A DNA stretch of 62,206 nucleotides, counting the filler, from Sphacelaria rigidula (taxonomy: Eukaryota): assembly GCA_964200075.2 (NCBI GenBank). It is 9 parts of 9 records of this genome, joined end to end, with 100 filler letters (N's around TTAATTAATTAA, not from the genome) between each part and the next. Parts side by side here need not be neighbours in the genome. Positions count along the whole stretch, not along the records: positions 34,617 to 41,439 come from CAXNAA020017909.1; positions 41,540 to 48,362 come from CAXNAA020017910.1; positions 48,463 to 55,284 come from CAXNAA020017911.1; 6 more parts are not named here. One strand, 5' to 3'. This document shows, one piece after another, positions 35,994 through 48,533 of this stretch. Within the stretch, counting starts at the first letter, position 1; each line of letters starts with the position of its first letter. A program made the position numbers and the translations under genes. The notes under the pieces are model-generated. The model was not told where the DNA came from. It saw only the letters and a program-made list of their open reading frames with translations, and searched no databases.

Positions 35994-38868
35994 TGGTAGT
36001 GGTCCCTGCAGGGACTGGCCCGATTGGTTTTGGAAATCGTCGATCCTGAGGTGTTTCGAACTATGATGCGGTCCCCTTTCCAAGAACATGGTCCTCCTCC
36101 GCATTACGCTTTCTCCCATACGAACCACCCGAAGAAATGATAAACCCATGAAAACAAAAGCCTCGAGCAGGGGATGGGGAGACGGGAAATACTCGCGTCC
36201 GTCTGCTGTTGCACCATCTTCAGGGAACATCCTCTACAGGCACCCCTCGGGCAGTGGACACAGCGAACATATTTGCTCACCCCCCCCCCCCCCCCCCCCC
36301 CCCCCCTTCTCCCCCCTCTTCTTCTTCTTAAAAACAAAAACAACACACCACCACCAACAAAAAACAAACACACCAACCACCCCCCNNNNNNNNNNGAAAC
36401 CCCCCCACCCGCCCCCCCCGGGGAGTGGAAACAGCGAAAATTATTTCTCCCCCCCCCCCCCCCCCCTCCCCCGATATTTTCGCCCTGTATTCGTTTTTCA
36501 AAAACATCAAAACACAACCCGCAATGAACGAAAAATCTCCTCACCTCTGCCCCTCGAAGCGCATTCGGCAAACCGCTCCCCAGTGCCATCGGCGCCAGTG
36601 TAAAGGTCAAAGCCACAGCAGATCTCGTCATTCTTTGAGCCAGCAAAAGTAACAACCAACGTAGGGCAGAAGAGGACTTGAAGACGTCGGTAGGGTGTAC
36701 TTGCGTGTTGTCTGCTCGGAGATTTCAAGCTGATTTCAGGTGCTGCGCGTGCGCCGCCGAGCGAATGCGGGGGTCTGTCATCCCTCGCCAAACCGAAGTG
36801 GTATTTCTCCCTTGCCTAACACTCATGTTCAACAACTGTACATTACAGTGCAATGACCACAATGTTGGATTAATACTGCCATACTCATCAGGAGAGCACG
36901 CACACAACATTCTAGCCGAAACTTGTGTTTTCATTACATCATCTCGACAGTAAAGGGCGCGTGTATATCTCTATTTCGCATTTTCGGGGTTTCTTTGCAA
37001 CGAAGCTTTACAATCTCCCTTCAGCAGCCCCAGCTCGATCATCTTTTATATCACCATGTCTGCCGCTGGGCTCAATTGGACTTGGTATAGCGGACCACGT
37101 CCGCTCAAAACAACGCTCGGCAAAACTTGCAACAGCTCGTCAGAGAGCGAGCGCAAGCGCGATTCAACATTGATCTCCCGCCTTTCCTCAGGGACCCACG
37201 ATATCGTAACAGCGTCCATGGCATACTCACTGGGTGGGCTGGTGATTACAACGATCATCTACGGTCCGCTAACACGAAAACACAACAAGGGAAACGTGTG
37301 TGAGCTGGGGAGACAAGCAAGCGATCGATCATACCCATGCGTTATCCGCAACCCTTCCTCAACTCCCGCGCAGTCCGACCCCCGCGAGCTCTTTCCATTA
37401 CACATGTTGTGCCGAAGCCATTGTTTCCGCGGTAGCCGGGCAGGGGCACCCCAGTCCAACGATGAACTTGAGAATGTGCACTGCAACTCCAGGTTGGACA
37501 CACTGTTTCACGAATACAATGCGGGTGTAGGTAACCTACAGACCAGGACATATCTGTCTTCGTGTATTCAACAAGGCACGAACCTCCCCCTAGCACACGC
37601 GGTAAAGACGGCATCGACAATCGACGTTGAAAACATGCCCACCAAAAACAACCATCCCACAACTGGGACTGCGTGCAGAAGCTCCGTATTGCATGTATGT
37701 TATGGATATTTTGTAACAATGCTCACCTTGCTTTATTCGAGACCAGACCACTGATACCTCCAGTGCAGTACCCTGGACTGTGGAGCTTGATAGTGGGTAC
37801 GCTGTTTTCTGCTCGGTTCACGCGTGCGCTTGACCGCTTAAACCTTGTGACGGCCGGGGTGTGTGGTGCACTGGAACGGGTATGATCAGTGATGAACTCT
37901 TGGTGCCTAACATGGAATACTCTCGAGCATTGAACGGTAAAGTCGGATGTGTGACAACGTACCAACATTTATAGAGCTCCCGAAGAGCGGGTTAGTATCC
38001 ATGGTCCTATTCCTATCGATTCTAAATCGAAAATATAGAAGATATCAACACGAACAAGATATCGACCATAGCGGAATAGTTTGCGGTGGATCTTCAAGAA
38101 GATATGAACTCGTACGGATTTTGCGGGAAACATGCGAAGTTGATCTGGGATCTTGCGGGATATTGCTTGAATCAATGCAATGTGACCGTTACCCTCAACA
38201 CATCCTCATAGCGTGCGGTGGACGAAAAAACGCCTCGCCCACATATGCTTGCGTTACATTATATATGTTATGCTTTCAGCACTCATTTTTACGGTATACA
38301 GTCACTTTTGCTAGAGTACCAAGGTACTCGTCGAATTACCGTATAGCGCGGGCGGCACAACCTCGCGAAAGAAGCCTATCTGGAAACGCTATGACGATCC
38401 CATGAACTGTTGTACGGTCTGCATCGCTGACACGGGATCTTACATCTGCTGATATATCATTGGAGATATATTAACCTCGAAGTTACCGGAATACTACATT
38501 TGACTGTAAATATTACTGTAAAATATTTCGGGAACCTCGAGTTGGGGGTGACCTTTGAATGGGGGTATACTTGTTTTCAGTGTGAACCTTGGAGACCTCC
38601 GGAATTATTCTCGATAACAAATGCAAATACACTATCCGCGTCTGATGTACCAGGTGTGACCTCGCTCATTTCACAAACAAATCTATCCGCGGCATCCTGA
38701 CGAAAAAAGAACAGAACTTTTGTACAGGAGTGAACGGAGGTTGAAATTGTCGAGTGGACAGGGTTTTACATAATATTGCGGATAGATTCTTTCGAGGATG
38801 AGCGAGGCCACACATCACGGCCGGAGCGTGCAATTGTATTTTCATTTTCGAAGATATTCGATGCTTAA

Positions 38869-39294
38869 ATCTTCGACCGCGAGGGTAATCCACCTGGACT
38901 GTGTATGCTTTTTCAACTGAACTGAAATTTATGCCGATTCAACATATAACAATATTTTCGTGAGATTGAGAGTAGAGGATACGATTGAGAGTGAAAAGCT
39001 GCCAATCAGTGGATGAATCGTTTCAGTTCCGAAATGCCCCTCCACGAGGCCCGATATTCTTTCTGTATGTAGTAGCTTGCCACTGAGGCGCTTGGCATCC
39101 CTGAGTAGGATATCGACGCGTAGCTGTAAGCACACGGCAGCGATAGAGGTAAAGAAGAGAACACACGGAATGAAAAATTGGCTAAGTTAAAGCGAATGAT
39201 CAAAGCCACTCTCCATCCGGCTCTACTCTCAATTTCACGAAAACGTTGTTATATGTGCTATACTGTCGCAGTCTATACTGTCGCGGTCTAAGGG
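38869..39294. mobile_element. piggyBac-type MITE with a ~310-bp TIR MITE nested inside (38945-39253)
   Basis: TTAA at 38865-38868 and 39295-39298. Ends are cttcgaccgcgagggta / tcgcggtctaaggg. Inner TIR ataacaa..ttttcgtga.attgagagtagag is present at both ends of the insert. Confidence 0.75.
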
Positions 39295-40242
39295 TTAAAC
39301 AAGGTCACCAGGGTTCACCCTCCAAAACATATGTCGCCAATTTATGAAACCCCGTGTTTTTTGCCTCTGCATGAAACTTGATATCTGCAAGAATATTGTA
39401 GTAACTCTACAGCAGGACAAGAAACACATAACAGTTCGAAGAGTGGTCGCAATAACACTTGAGCAGTGCAGGGATACACATACGCATACAATAAATTACT
39501 CGCATCCATCTACTATACGAGTAAAGTCCATCACAATAATGGTCCAGCCGTCCGACATTTAACCCTTTTCATCAGGCAGGGTGGATCACGTGCGTCTCTT
39601 ATAATACGGCATTTATTCATGTCGAGTTAGGGGCGGTGTCAACGGGTCCTTCGTTTCCAACGAAATCTCCGACTTTTTCGTTGAAAGGAACCTCCGCTCA
39701 TCCAGGTCAGGCCGTGGATAACTTGAAGACTGAGCGTACAGTCGACCCCGCTTGAAGGACGCTCCTGGTAAGGAAACTCCCGCACTAAGGACGACATTTT
39801 TTCTTGAACCAGGGGGCCCGACAGAAAGCAAAACTAGTGGGGGGTATGTACCATTTTCTACTTTGCGGGCTCCCTTTCTTCATCTCTGGTGGGCTAATTC
39901 AGACAGACGCACAGCGCGACTAGCGTGCGGTCTGCTGCTTCTCTTCGTGTGAAGAGGTTCCGTTCATCTGCCGAAGATTCATCTGATACCGGCACGAAAA
40001 CATGTGGGGAACCAACGTGCAAGATGAAGTCTCGGCCGATCACAGCAATCCATGAGTGCCCATGCGGGCGGCCGATGCGTGCTTTCTGTGGGCGAGGGAT
40101 CGGCAGTGAAGGCTAAGAGCAGCAGCAGAGAATGTGCACAGATTCAAGGACGAAACCCCGCTTCAAGGACACTCCCCCCCCCCCGAAAAACCATGTGCGT
40201 CCTTGAAGCCAGTACACCACATATTGTGGAACTGTCCATTTA

Positions 40243-40734
40243 GGCCTATTTGACCCTGAAAGTGGTGTCGCGATAGTATCGCGATAGAAAGAAAGACAAA
40301 TTTCTCTATCATGATGCTATCGCGATGGACAGAAATGGCCAGGATTGGCATCGTGATAGCATCGCGATAGAGAGGAATTGCTTTTTTTTCTATTATCGCC
40401 ATACTATCGCGATAGAAAAAAAGTCATTCCTCTCCATCGCGATGATATCGCGATAGCATCGTTTGCGACCAGAGATAATCAAATTAAGGTAACTTGTCTG
40501 GTCCTACAAATTTCCTCGTGAAAATGTTCAATGTCGCCAGTGGTCGTTGCAAGAAACTGTGTGATCCTGTGGCAGATAGTATCGCGATAAAAAAAATGCA
40601 ATTTCTCTCTAACGCGATGGTATCGCGATACTATCCGAGCCAAATTTCCCTATCGCGATGGAAAAATTTGGCTTTTTTCTATCGCGATACTATCGCGATA
40701 GCATCGCGATAGGAAATTTTAGGCTAAAGGGGCC
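40243..40734. mobile_element. TATCGCGATA-rich foldback, Harbinger-like MITE
   Basis: GGCC termini with TTA on the left. More than a dozen copies of the palindrome ATCGCGAT are arranged in mirror-image arms. Confidence 0.6.
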
Positions 40735-41539
40735 TTTCCAGAATATGTAGAGGTCCCCTTGAAGCGGGGTCGACTGTAGATACTTCTGGAAATCTAGCAT
40801 CGGATTTTTTCCAGCAGTTTCTATCAGAAAAGTCTGAAAAAAACTCGAACTTTCCGGGAAAAGTTGGATTAGTGTGAAAAAGGTCCCACAAGTATTCCCT
40901 TCAACCCTGGCGGTTGTATGCGCCAGAGAATAAGCGATCAATTTGAGTCGACGAATGCGAATGTACCACGTCGCCTATTGAGATCTGTGATAAACTGAGC
41001 CTAAAATGAACATCCCAAGGGAATATTGATCGGTTCGTAGGAAAGGAGGTAACGCTTCGGGCGAGGAGAAAAGTCTAGACCAGGACTTTCACGGACGGAA
41101 AAGGGTATACTACTGTATATCTTCCGGTTGCCTAAAAACCGACGGGATGGGATTGGATTGGGCGGTATGAGAGTTGCGGGTAAGACAAATCATCTGGATG
41201 AGAAGTGCGACCCCGAAAAGTTGTCTAGACGGTGGGTTGGGAAACTTTTGCGCGCTGCCTCACAAAATGATGTCGTAAGACAAGCCAGGTCCCCATTCAA
41301 TAAGGAGGGTGGTTCCCCGGCGTTATTCCTAGGAATTGTGACGGTTTGAGAGACAACCAACTAGAAGAGGGAAATGTACCAATTAAGATACGCTTAAGGC
41401 ACCTGGCGGGAAAAACTCTATATCTTGGGACCCATGGCANNNNNNNNNNNNNNNNNNNNNNNNNNNNNNNNNNNNNNNNNNNNTTAATTAATTAANNNNN
41501 NNNNNNNNNNNNNNNNNNNNNNNNNNNNNNNNNNNNNNN

Positions 41540-41610
41540 TGGTCAATGGTCACACGACTAAGGCAAGCAACAAATGAGTACGCCCCCCCCCCCCTATCGT
41601 AGGATGACTC
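41540..41610 (+). repeat. LINE 3' end (same family as 9230-10973)
   Basis: gtcaatggtca.acgacta.ggcaa.caac.aatgagtacgccccc, followed by ctatcgtaggatgactc (the latter also at ~13900-13926). Confidence 0.75.
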
Positions 41611-42435
41611 CACAACCTACTGTGAGTTTTTCTCCTTTGACCCCTTCTCGAACGAACAAATTTGTTGTTCCGAAACGGTTTCGTTGAAATACTACTGGTG
41701 AAAAAATTTCAACCTCCGTTACATCCTCATTTGAACAGACAACACTCGAAATCGGTGCCCCTTGCCTGTGCGCTACAAATTTTTCGACACCCGTTCTCAG
41801 CGTTGCTCCTGTTGTGCATCACATCACCTTTGTTCCACACACATACGTTGTCTCAACTTCGTTGGATAATAAGTCTTCGCTCTGCATTACGCAATCCGAT
41901 TTCGCGGTCTACAACCCAAGCTTTGTAAAAGCTTTTGTGCTGCCTTACGCTGCACAGTTTTCGTGCGCATCTGAGAAAGTATATATATATATATATAATT
42001 CTTTTCATTTGCGCACAGCCAGTCGTCCCTCAACTTGTGCTGGGATCATACAGTTATAGACTGCCCGTGACGCTACACACGGAACACGTGTAAGTTGTTC
42101 TTCCACGTACCAACGCTGCTACAGACAATCGGGTCTTCGTTTGTCTTCGACGACATACGTCTGTTCTGTGCACAACCCTGTGCTAGCTATTGCCGCCACA
42201 ACTTGAATAAAGTTGTTTTAATCAGACCTCAGAAATAGTTGTTACAAACAGCAATTCGCTTGAATAAATTACTCAAGTAAGTCAGGTCCCACGGTCCCCT
42301 CAGGCGCTATTAAGCTTCACTATCAAGTATTTCCGGATACACGCTTCGGCTTTTGCGCCCAGCATCTCTTGGTGTCACGCTCCTTTGATAAGAACCCGCA
42401 GATCAGACACCCTGCACCTTCATTTTTAAGCACAA

Positions 42436-45275
42436 ATGCTGCGTACGATTATCATGTCGCACAGAAATAACGCTGGCTCTTCCCCTCTATTGGGAAACCA
42501 ACCGCTTCGCCGGACCCGGAGTCAAACCACTGGCGGTTCGCAACTTTTCAAGAAGAGTGGCACGTCACCTTCAACTCATCGCCGCACGTATGCGAGCGCT
42601 GTTCGATCTTCGGGATCTGAAGACCAACTTTCGAGCGAAGCTCGTTCTTCAAGGCTTGAAGACCAGACTTTGACGCCGAGACCTATTCTCTCACGTTCCG
42701 ACCCGGACTCAGAGAACATGGTAGTGCAACCGGCCGAGTCATTTGTTCCTTACGGACATGCCAGTGAGCCCATAACGGTGGATTCCGTCGCACACCCCTC
42801 GCTGGCCCCTGCTCTCCCGAATCCCAATGTGGAATCCGGAGTTATGATTGTTCCCTCAGTCGAGTCGTTGCCCCTGGATACACGTGTCCAGCTTGGTCCC
42901 GTACCGGTTGCTTCAACTGTGGCACCCCGTCGCTTGACGGCTGCCAACTCTCGAGACGATTCTGTCCTGACGAAGCGCATTGCTCCTGGAGCAAGAGACT
43001 TTGTCACACGGGCTGCTTCCGTTACGGACCCCCTTCGCACGACTCTCGCTAGTCCCATGCGCCCTGCTGCACAATCCAATGTCGGACCGGCAGTTGCAGC
43101 CATGCATGCTGCCATGCAAACTCTGCATCGCACCTCCTCAGCGTCGTCGCCATCGCCAGCGCCAGCCCTCATCGAGGTATTTACGGCCTTTTGCCACGCA
43201 ACGCTCCAAGATCAATCGGCGTCTGCTCATGTGCAATTCGATGATGACTCTGCACCTGTCACGCCCAAACGTCCCGTTCGGCGACATCGCGCCCCCCGTT
43301 CGTCACACATGATAAATTCAACGAACATGAGTCCAGCCCTTCCTCAACGTCGCAGCAGAGCCTTACTCGCGCTTCTGACCGGCGCCGCACACCACGACTT
43401 GGTCACGATCACGTCTCCCCTTCTGGCAGTTCTAAGGGCAACTCCCAGCAAAGCTTGAATTCATCGCACGTTTTAACACGTCCGAAGAACGTCCCTCGTG
43501 GTTACACTTACGACGGTGGTTCACGTCACAGCTCCACCTCCTCACGCGCTCCCCAGCGTCCGGTGAATGCTAACTGTGAACGTCCTCACGAGGATGCCTT
43601 GCGGCACAGATCAAGGTCTTCGCGCGTTCACTCGCGCTCGAAACACACCGATCACGCACCCTGGCGCATCTCTCCTGCTCAGCCATTGTCACACAGCCGC
43701 CATGTACGCAATGATAACACTGCACATGCTGATGATATCCAAAACATATTTTCGGACATGTCACCGGCTATGGAATCCTCAATTGAGGGATCCGGCCGCA
43801 CCTCATCGCACAAGCGACGACCACGCACTCACCGCGAACCACCGTCCCGTTCCGACGCTGCCCTTATTCGTTCTGTGCAACAACGTTTGACAGATCTTGA
43901 ACGACAACTCGCAACAGCAACCGTGGACACCAAATGCACTACCGCTGCTGCTACGCCTACGAGGGAAATCACCAACGCTGCTCCCACTACCGGCGCAGCC
44001 GCCACTACCGTGGTCACTGCGCCTTCTGCCTCCGCCACTGCAGCTACGGCCCCAACTCCTGCTGCCGCTCAGCCTGCAATAGACACAGATGCGGATAGTG
44101 GCCCCACCACTGGCCCTGTCGGGGACGTCTCCGTGCGCTCGCCTCCTTCGGTGGAGGATCTTCCTCCGCTCGGCGACGAGCATTGCCCCTCCGGGCTTCT
44201 GTGGAGGTTATTCAGGGGCCGCCCCCGCGCGGAGTAAGAAAAGTTCATTCACCACTATGCGTACCAAGCCCCGGCGCTAGCCCGCAACATACTCGACCAG
44301 CAACGCGATGCTGACGAGGCTGCCGCCCGCCTCCTTTTGGAGGAACATGCTGCCAAGCTGGCGGATTTTCAGCGACAGGCTTCAATCGCCCATGTCACCA
44401 AGACGGCGGCGCACAGGGCATTGCAGGAAGGGCAGACTGCAGCCTTGACGGCACAGAAGAGGGATCGCGAGCTACAAGATCATGCTCGGCGCAATACGCA
44501 AGAAGCAGATTCGTCGATGGCGCGGGTGACTCGCCATCAAGCCTCCCCGCCGCCTTCCGCCGACCACTTGCTCGACGCTCGACCTCCTCGACAGCCCACG
44601 CCCACCAAGTCGGACTACGTGATACCTACGGTTGTGTCCTCCGCTCATGCCCAAGGGGCTCGTGGCAGGAATTCGAGCTCGTCTCGCGCTTCATGGACCC
44701 CCGACTCAGTCGCCGGTTCAGTTATGCATGTTCAGAGTACCAGAGATGCATTTAGCGCGAGTTTTGACGGTTTGCCGTTTTCCGAGGAAACTTGGGATGA
44801 TGTTTATCTGACTTCAACAACGGCATTCATAACCGAGAACCCCCATTTGTGGAACCCACTTCTTTCGTCTTCCGCTAGACGCAATGCCTTCAGCAGTCAT
44901 GCCAACAATTGCATCAACTGTAGTGTTCAAGGCGACAGCATGCGCAACTGTGACAGTCCATGCATCAATGCCTTTGATCTCATGAACCCTGAATTGCAGG
45001 ACAATGAACCCGCGTGGCGCCGATGGCAACAACGCATGCGCGACTATCGTCCACCAACTCGAAATTGCCGCAACAATTCGAACCAACGTGGCAACAAAAA
45101 CTCTAATCGCGGTCGTCGACACAACAGCAATCACGAAAGCCCTCGCCAGAACGATCAAAATTCTTGCGACAACAAACGTCCCGCTGATAGATACCAGCGG
45201 ACGGGACCGACACAAAGCTATAATCCCAACACCAGAAACCCTGGTACCTACACTACGGATCGCCTAGATCCATGA
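42436..45275 (+). pseudogene. Gypsy gag-like region (three frameshifted ORFs)
   Basis: S/P/R-rich ORFs at 42436-43458, 43455-44237 and 44337-45275. Degenerate zinc knuckle CINCSVQGDSMRNC at 44910-44951. Confidence 0.65.
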
Positions 45276-45334
45276 CGTGCCGACGCCGGCGTTCTTCGGT
45301 CTTCCACGCCGTCGATAGCACGAGCGAAGACTTT

Positions 45335-45552
45335 TTCAACTCAGCCCGCGGAGTCCGTGTCAAAAATTGCTCACTCGACTCTCCCGGCACTATCCAGGAG
45401 CGCAACTGACGGCCGTTCATATCGACCCCCGTCTCGAACCTCCACACAATTTTCAACACAGCCCGCAGAGTCCGCGACTAAGATTGTCCGCCCGGCTCTC
45501 CCGGCACTATGCAGGAGTGCAACTAACGGCCGTTCATATCGACCCCCGTCTT
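45335..45552. repeat. 117-bp (39-codon) tandem duplication at the gag-pol junction
   Basis: ttcaac.cagcccgc.gagtccg...ctctcccggcactat.caggag.gcaact.acggccgttcatatcgacccccgtct begins at 45335 and 45452. Confidence 0.85.
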
Positions 45553-45752
45553 CACCCCTCCACACACCGCGTAACAGTTGTGTCGCCCCGTGACTCAGAC
45601 CTACACCCCGCACTGAACTTGGTCCTTCAGTACCGAGTATAAGTCTGAGGTGTGGGAAGACCAACCACCAGTCCCTGAGGCAACGGCTTCCCTCAGCGAC
45701 CGCACGCACAGATAGCAGCAAGCCTTTTTCAGCTGACCGAAGTGTTGCTCAT

Positions 45753-48321
45753 TTGAACCTGACCACATTGAATCATGTAATTCCCAATCAGTTCGACCGG
45801 GCTCCTTCCCCGCGATTTTCAAGACGCACGGACCTACCTTCGGCCGGTTTTATTAACAACCGCCCCAACATATCTTCGGCTATGCCCCAACAGCCAAGCT
45901 CGCCTACGGAAAGCAGCCCACAAGTTTCGCTTCGTCATGTCCCGATGCTGACCCCATCCACGCAACTGGACGCAATTGTGGTTTCATCCCCAAATGTTTT
46001 GGAAGTTCTCCGACCTTTGTCACGGCGAAAGAGAAAGCCCCGTGAGCATGCCCCAAAGGACGCGCGCGCGTCATTACGTACACATCTTTGGAGCGGAAAT
46101 CCTCGACCTCAATCTCTCCAAAATGCGAAGACTTTGAGCTTGACGGCTCTATCAAGTATCCCGGAAGAAACAAAATCACATGATTCTGACTGCACTACTT
46201 CTTCAATCGACGGCTCCAGCCCCGCACATCCTGGATCCCCCTTTGACGGTGATCCCTGTCAACCAAAGACGATAATTTACGAAATCGCCAATGACCGTGC
46301 CACACCTGGAAATAATATACCGTCCACCCCCTTCTCTGGTGAGACATCTGACCCGCCGGCGGATCATCCGCCGTGCATTTTTGCTGTCAGCCCCGCTGAT
46401 CCTGACCAGTATACCTTGCCGGAACATGGTCCGGATCTTGTCGGTGGCAAAGTGTCTGTAGATCCGGCCACTTTCACTACTCGCGTTGCGATCCACGCCG
46501 GTCCAAACGCTATCACGCCTACGAAATGCGTATCCTTAATAGACAGCGGCAGCCCTCAAACATTTATTCGAGAATCAACATGGAAACACATGAAACAGAC
46601 TGGCGCTGCTGCTGCAGCTTGTGAAACCACCACCAAACCCCGCGTGTGGGGCGGTTTCGGTGATTCTGCCGCGTCACTGACGACACGAAAATCCGTACGT
46701 CCCAGTGTGCAATTCTTTCACAACACCACTCGATCTGCTCGCCTGGCAGTCTGGGCATACATTGTCCCCGACAGCACAATGCAACACGCCATATTATTGG
46801 GCAGAGATAGCTATATGCGGTTTAATAAACGAACCTACCGCACGCTTCCACCTCTAACGCCACATTCCACGCCTCGTGGAGATTTCAACCTCGAGCACTT
46901 CGGTACTCTCCACGGCGCCCTGGCTTATCAGAAGAATCCACAAGCAACCGGAGCTGCTTACCACCTACGATATAACGGTAGTGTGGGTATTACACTCTCC
47001 GACGACCCCCAACTTCTTGAAGTTGCACTCGTTCGCCGAAATGGCCTGTTAGCACTTACGGGCCATTATCTTGCCGAACTGTTACCCCGTATTGGCGCAC
47101 CAGCCGACACAGAACATTTTGTGTCAGCGGGATAAGAACCCCTCCCTCTTACGGAATGATGCTGCGATGGGGTCATCACTTTTACGGCCTGAGAGTAGAA
47201 TTTTTAGGAACCCTTTATCTCATCCAAAACACGACTTTCGAAATAGGTGAGAGTACGCCAGGGTTTTTCTTCCAATGTGCTAAGGATATCCCGAATGGAT
47301 TTTCAAACGGGGGTATCCTGATCCATATTCTTGTGTAGTTCCTAATTTTAGGAACCCCTGAATCAGGCTGGTTTTGGCCCCAAAAGTGCAGACCCTATCG
47401 CAGCATCACGCTACGGGCCATGCTAACTTGGAACCCGGCGATGTTTCAGGAATCGCTGCTGCTCCCCTGATGCACATCCCACTCGAGACGTGCGTCACAG
47501 AGCCTGCCGCGCCAAACGCCACATCCCCAGCGGAGTCAATCCATTGTGTCGATGAATCCTATTTCGACCTCGCCTCTGCGACTACACCCCAGGTCCACAC
47601 CGTGGATCCTGCCCAGTCAAATTCCGATCCTCCTGCTGAAGTGCTTCAACGCTTATCACCAGATTCTCGGAATAGTTTCTTGCGCATGTGGAACCAACTG
47701 TCGCCACACATGCGCGACATCAATTTTGACCTTCATGGGCCCGGCTGGGAACCGGCAGTCATCCAAGAACTCAGTGATGACCTGCTACAGTACCAAGACC
47801 GATTTTCCCGATCCAAGACGGATCTTGGGCATTGCAAAACACTGCTCTTTGAGGTTACCCTCCAACCCGGTGTTTCGCCGATTTCATCTCGGCCATACCG
47901 TACCAACCCAATCTTCACCAAGAAAGTTAACGCCATCTTGGATGCGTATTTGGGAGCGGGACTAGTACAACATTCCTCCTCTCCTTGGGCCTCGCCCCTT
48001 GTGTTCGCTCCCCAAAAGGATGGAAACATATGCATAACCGTGACTTATCAACGGTTAAACCGCGTCACTGTAGTCGGTAAACTTCCAATTCCCCGCATTG
48101 ATGAAGTCTTTGACTCCTTAGGCGAAGGAAAAATATTCAGCACCTTCGACCTCGCTTCTGGATTTTTCCAGAATGCTATACACCCTGACACAGTCCCACT
48201 GACGGCTTTTTGCACCTCGTCCGGACTCTATAAGTGGCTTCGAATACCACAAGGCGCCGCCACTGCCCCGGGATGCTTTCAACGCTTAATGCAACGCGTC
48301 ACCAAGGGCATCGAGCACATA
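45753..48321 (+). pseudogene. Gypsy pol (protease plus RT N-terminal half)
   Basis: LIDSGSPQTFI...ILLGRD; PISSRPYR, WASPLV, YQRLN, PIPRIDE, FSTFDLASGFFQ, TAF, P.G...AP..FQRLM. One stop at 47133 and a MITE at 47152-47411. Homology breaks at ~48322, before YxDD. Confidence 0.93.
47152..47411. mobile_element. 260-bp Tc1/mariner-type MITE (TA TSD) inside gypsy pol
   Basis: TA at 47150-47151 and 47412-47413. TIR tgatgctgcgatggggtc / gaccctatcgcagcatca. Removing it restores EPLPLTGHANLEPGD in frame. Confidence 0.85.
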
Positions 48322-48462
48322 ACAGCCGATTTTAAATTTTGGGGTTCATACAAAATATGGGGNNNNNNNNNNNNNNNNNNNNNNNNNNNNNNNNNNNNNN
48401 NNNNNNTTAATTAATTAANNNNNNNNNNNNNNNNNNNNNNNNNNNNNNNNNNNNNNNNNNNN

Positions 48463-48533
48463 GTCCCGGCATTGTAGGGATGCGAGGCCAATGGTGTTAT
48501 GACGATGGCATGCATGATTATGAGTACACCCCC
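48463..48533 (+). repeat. LINE 3'-module copy
   Basis: cccggcattgtagggatgcgaggccaatggtgttatgacgatggcatgcatgattatgagtacaccccc. Confidence 0.75.

Larger units (their letters stand above)
41663..48321 (+). mobile_element. Ty3/gypsy LTR retrotransposon, degenerate and truncated. LTR boundary uncertain
   Basis: Gag-like frames, then aspartic protease, then RT (gypsy order PR-RT). The upstream noncoding region has AATAAA motifs and a TGGTGTCA PBS-like motif at ~42370. Confidence 0.9.

Noticed and set aside
36240..36540. Pro-rich or Gly-rich proteins (ORFs 36088-36603, 36104-36655)
   Set aside because: Poly-C tracts and a near-duplicated segment surround a 10-N gap (36386-36395). This looks like low-quality sequence or an unmerged overlap.
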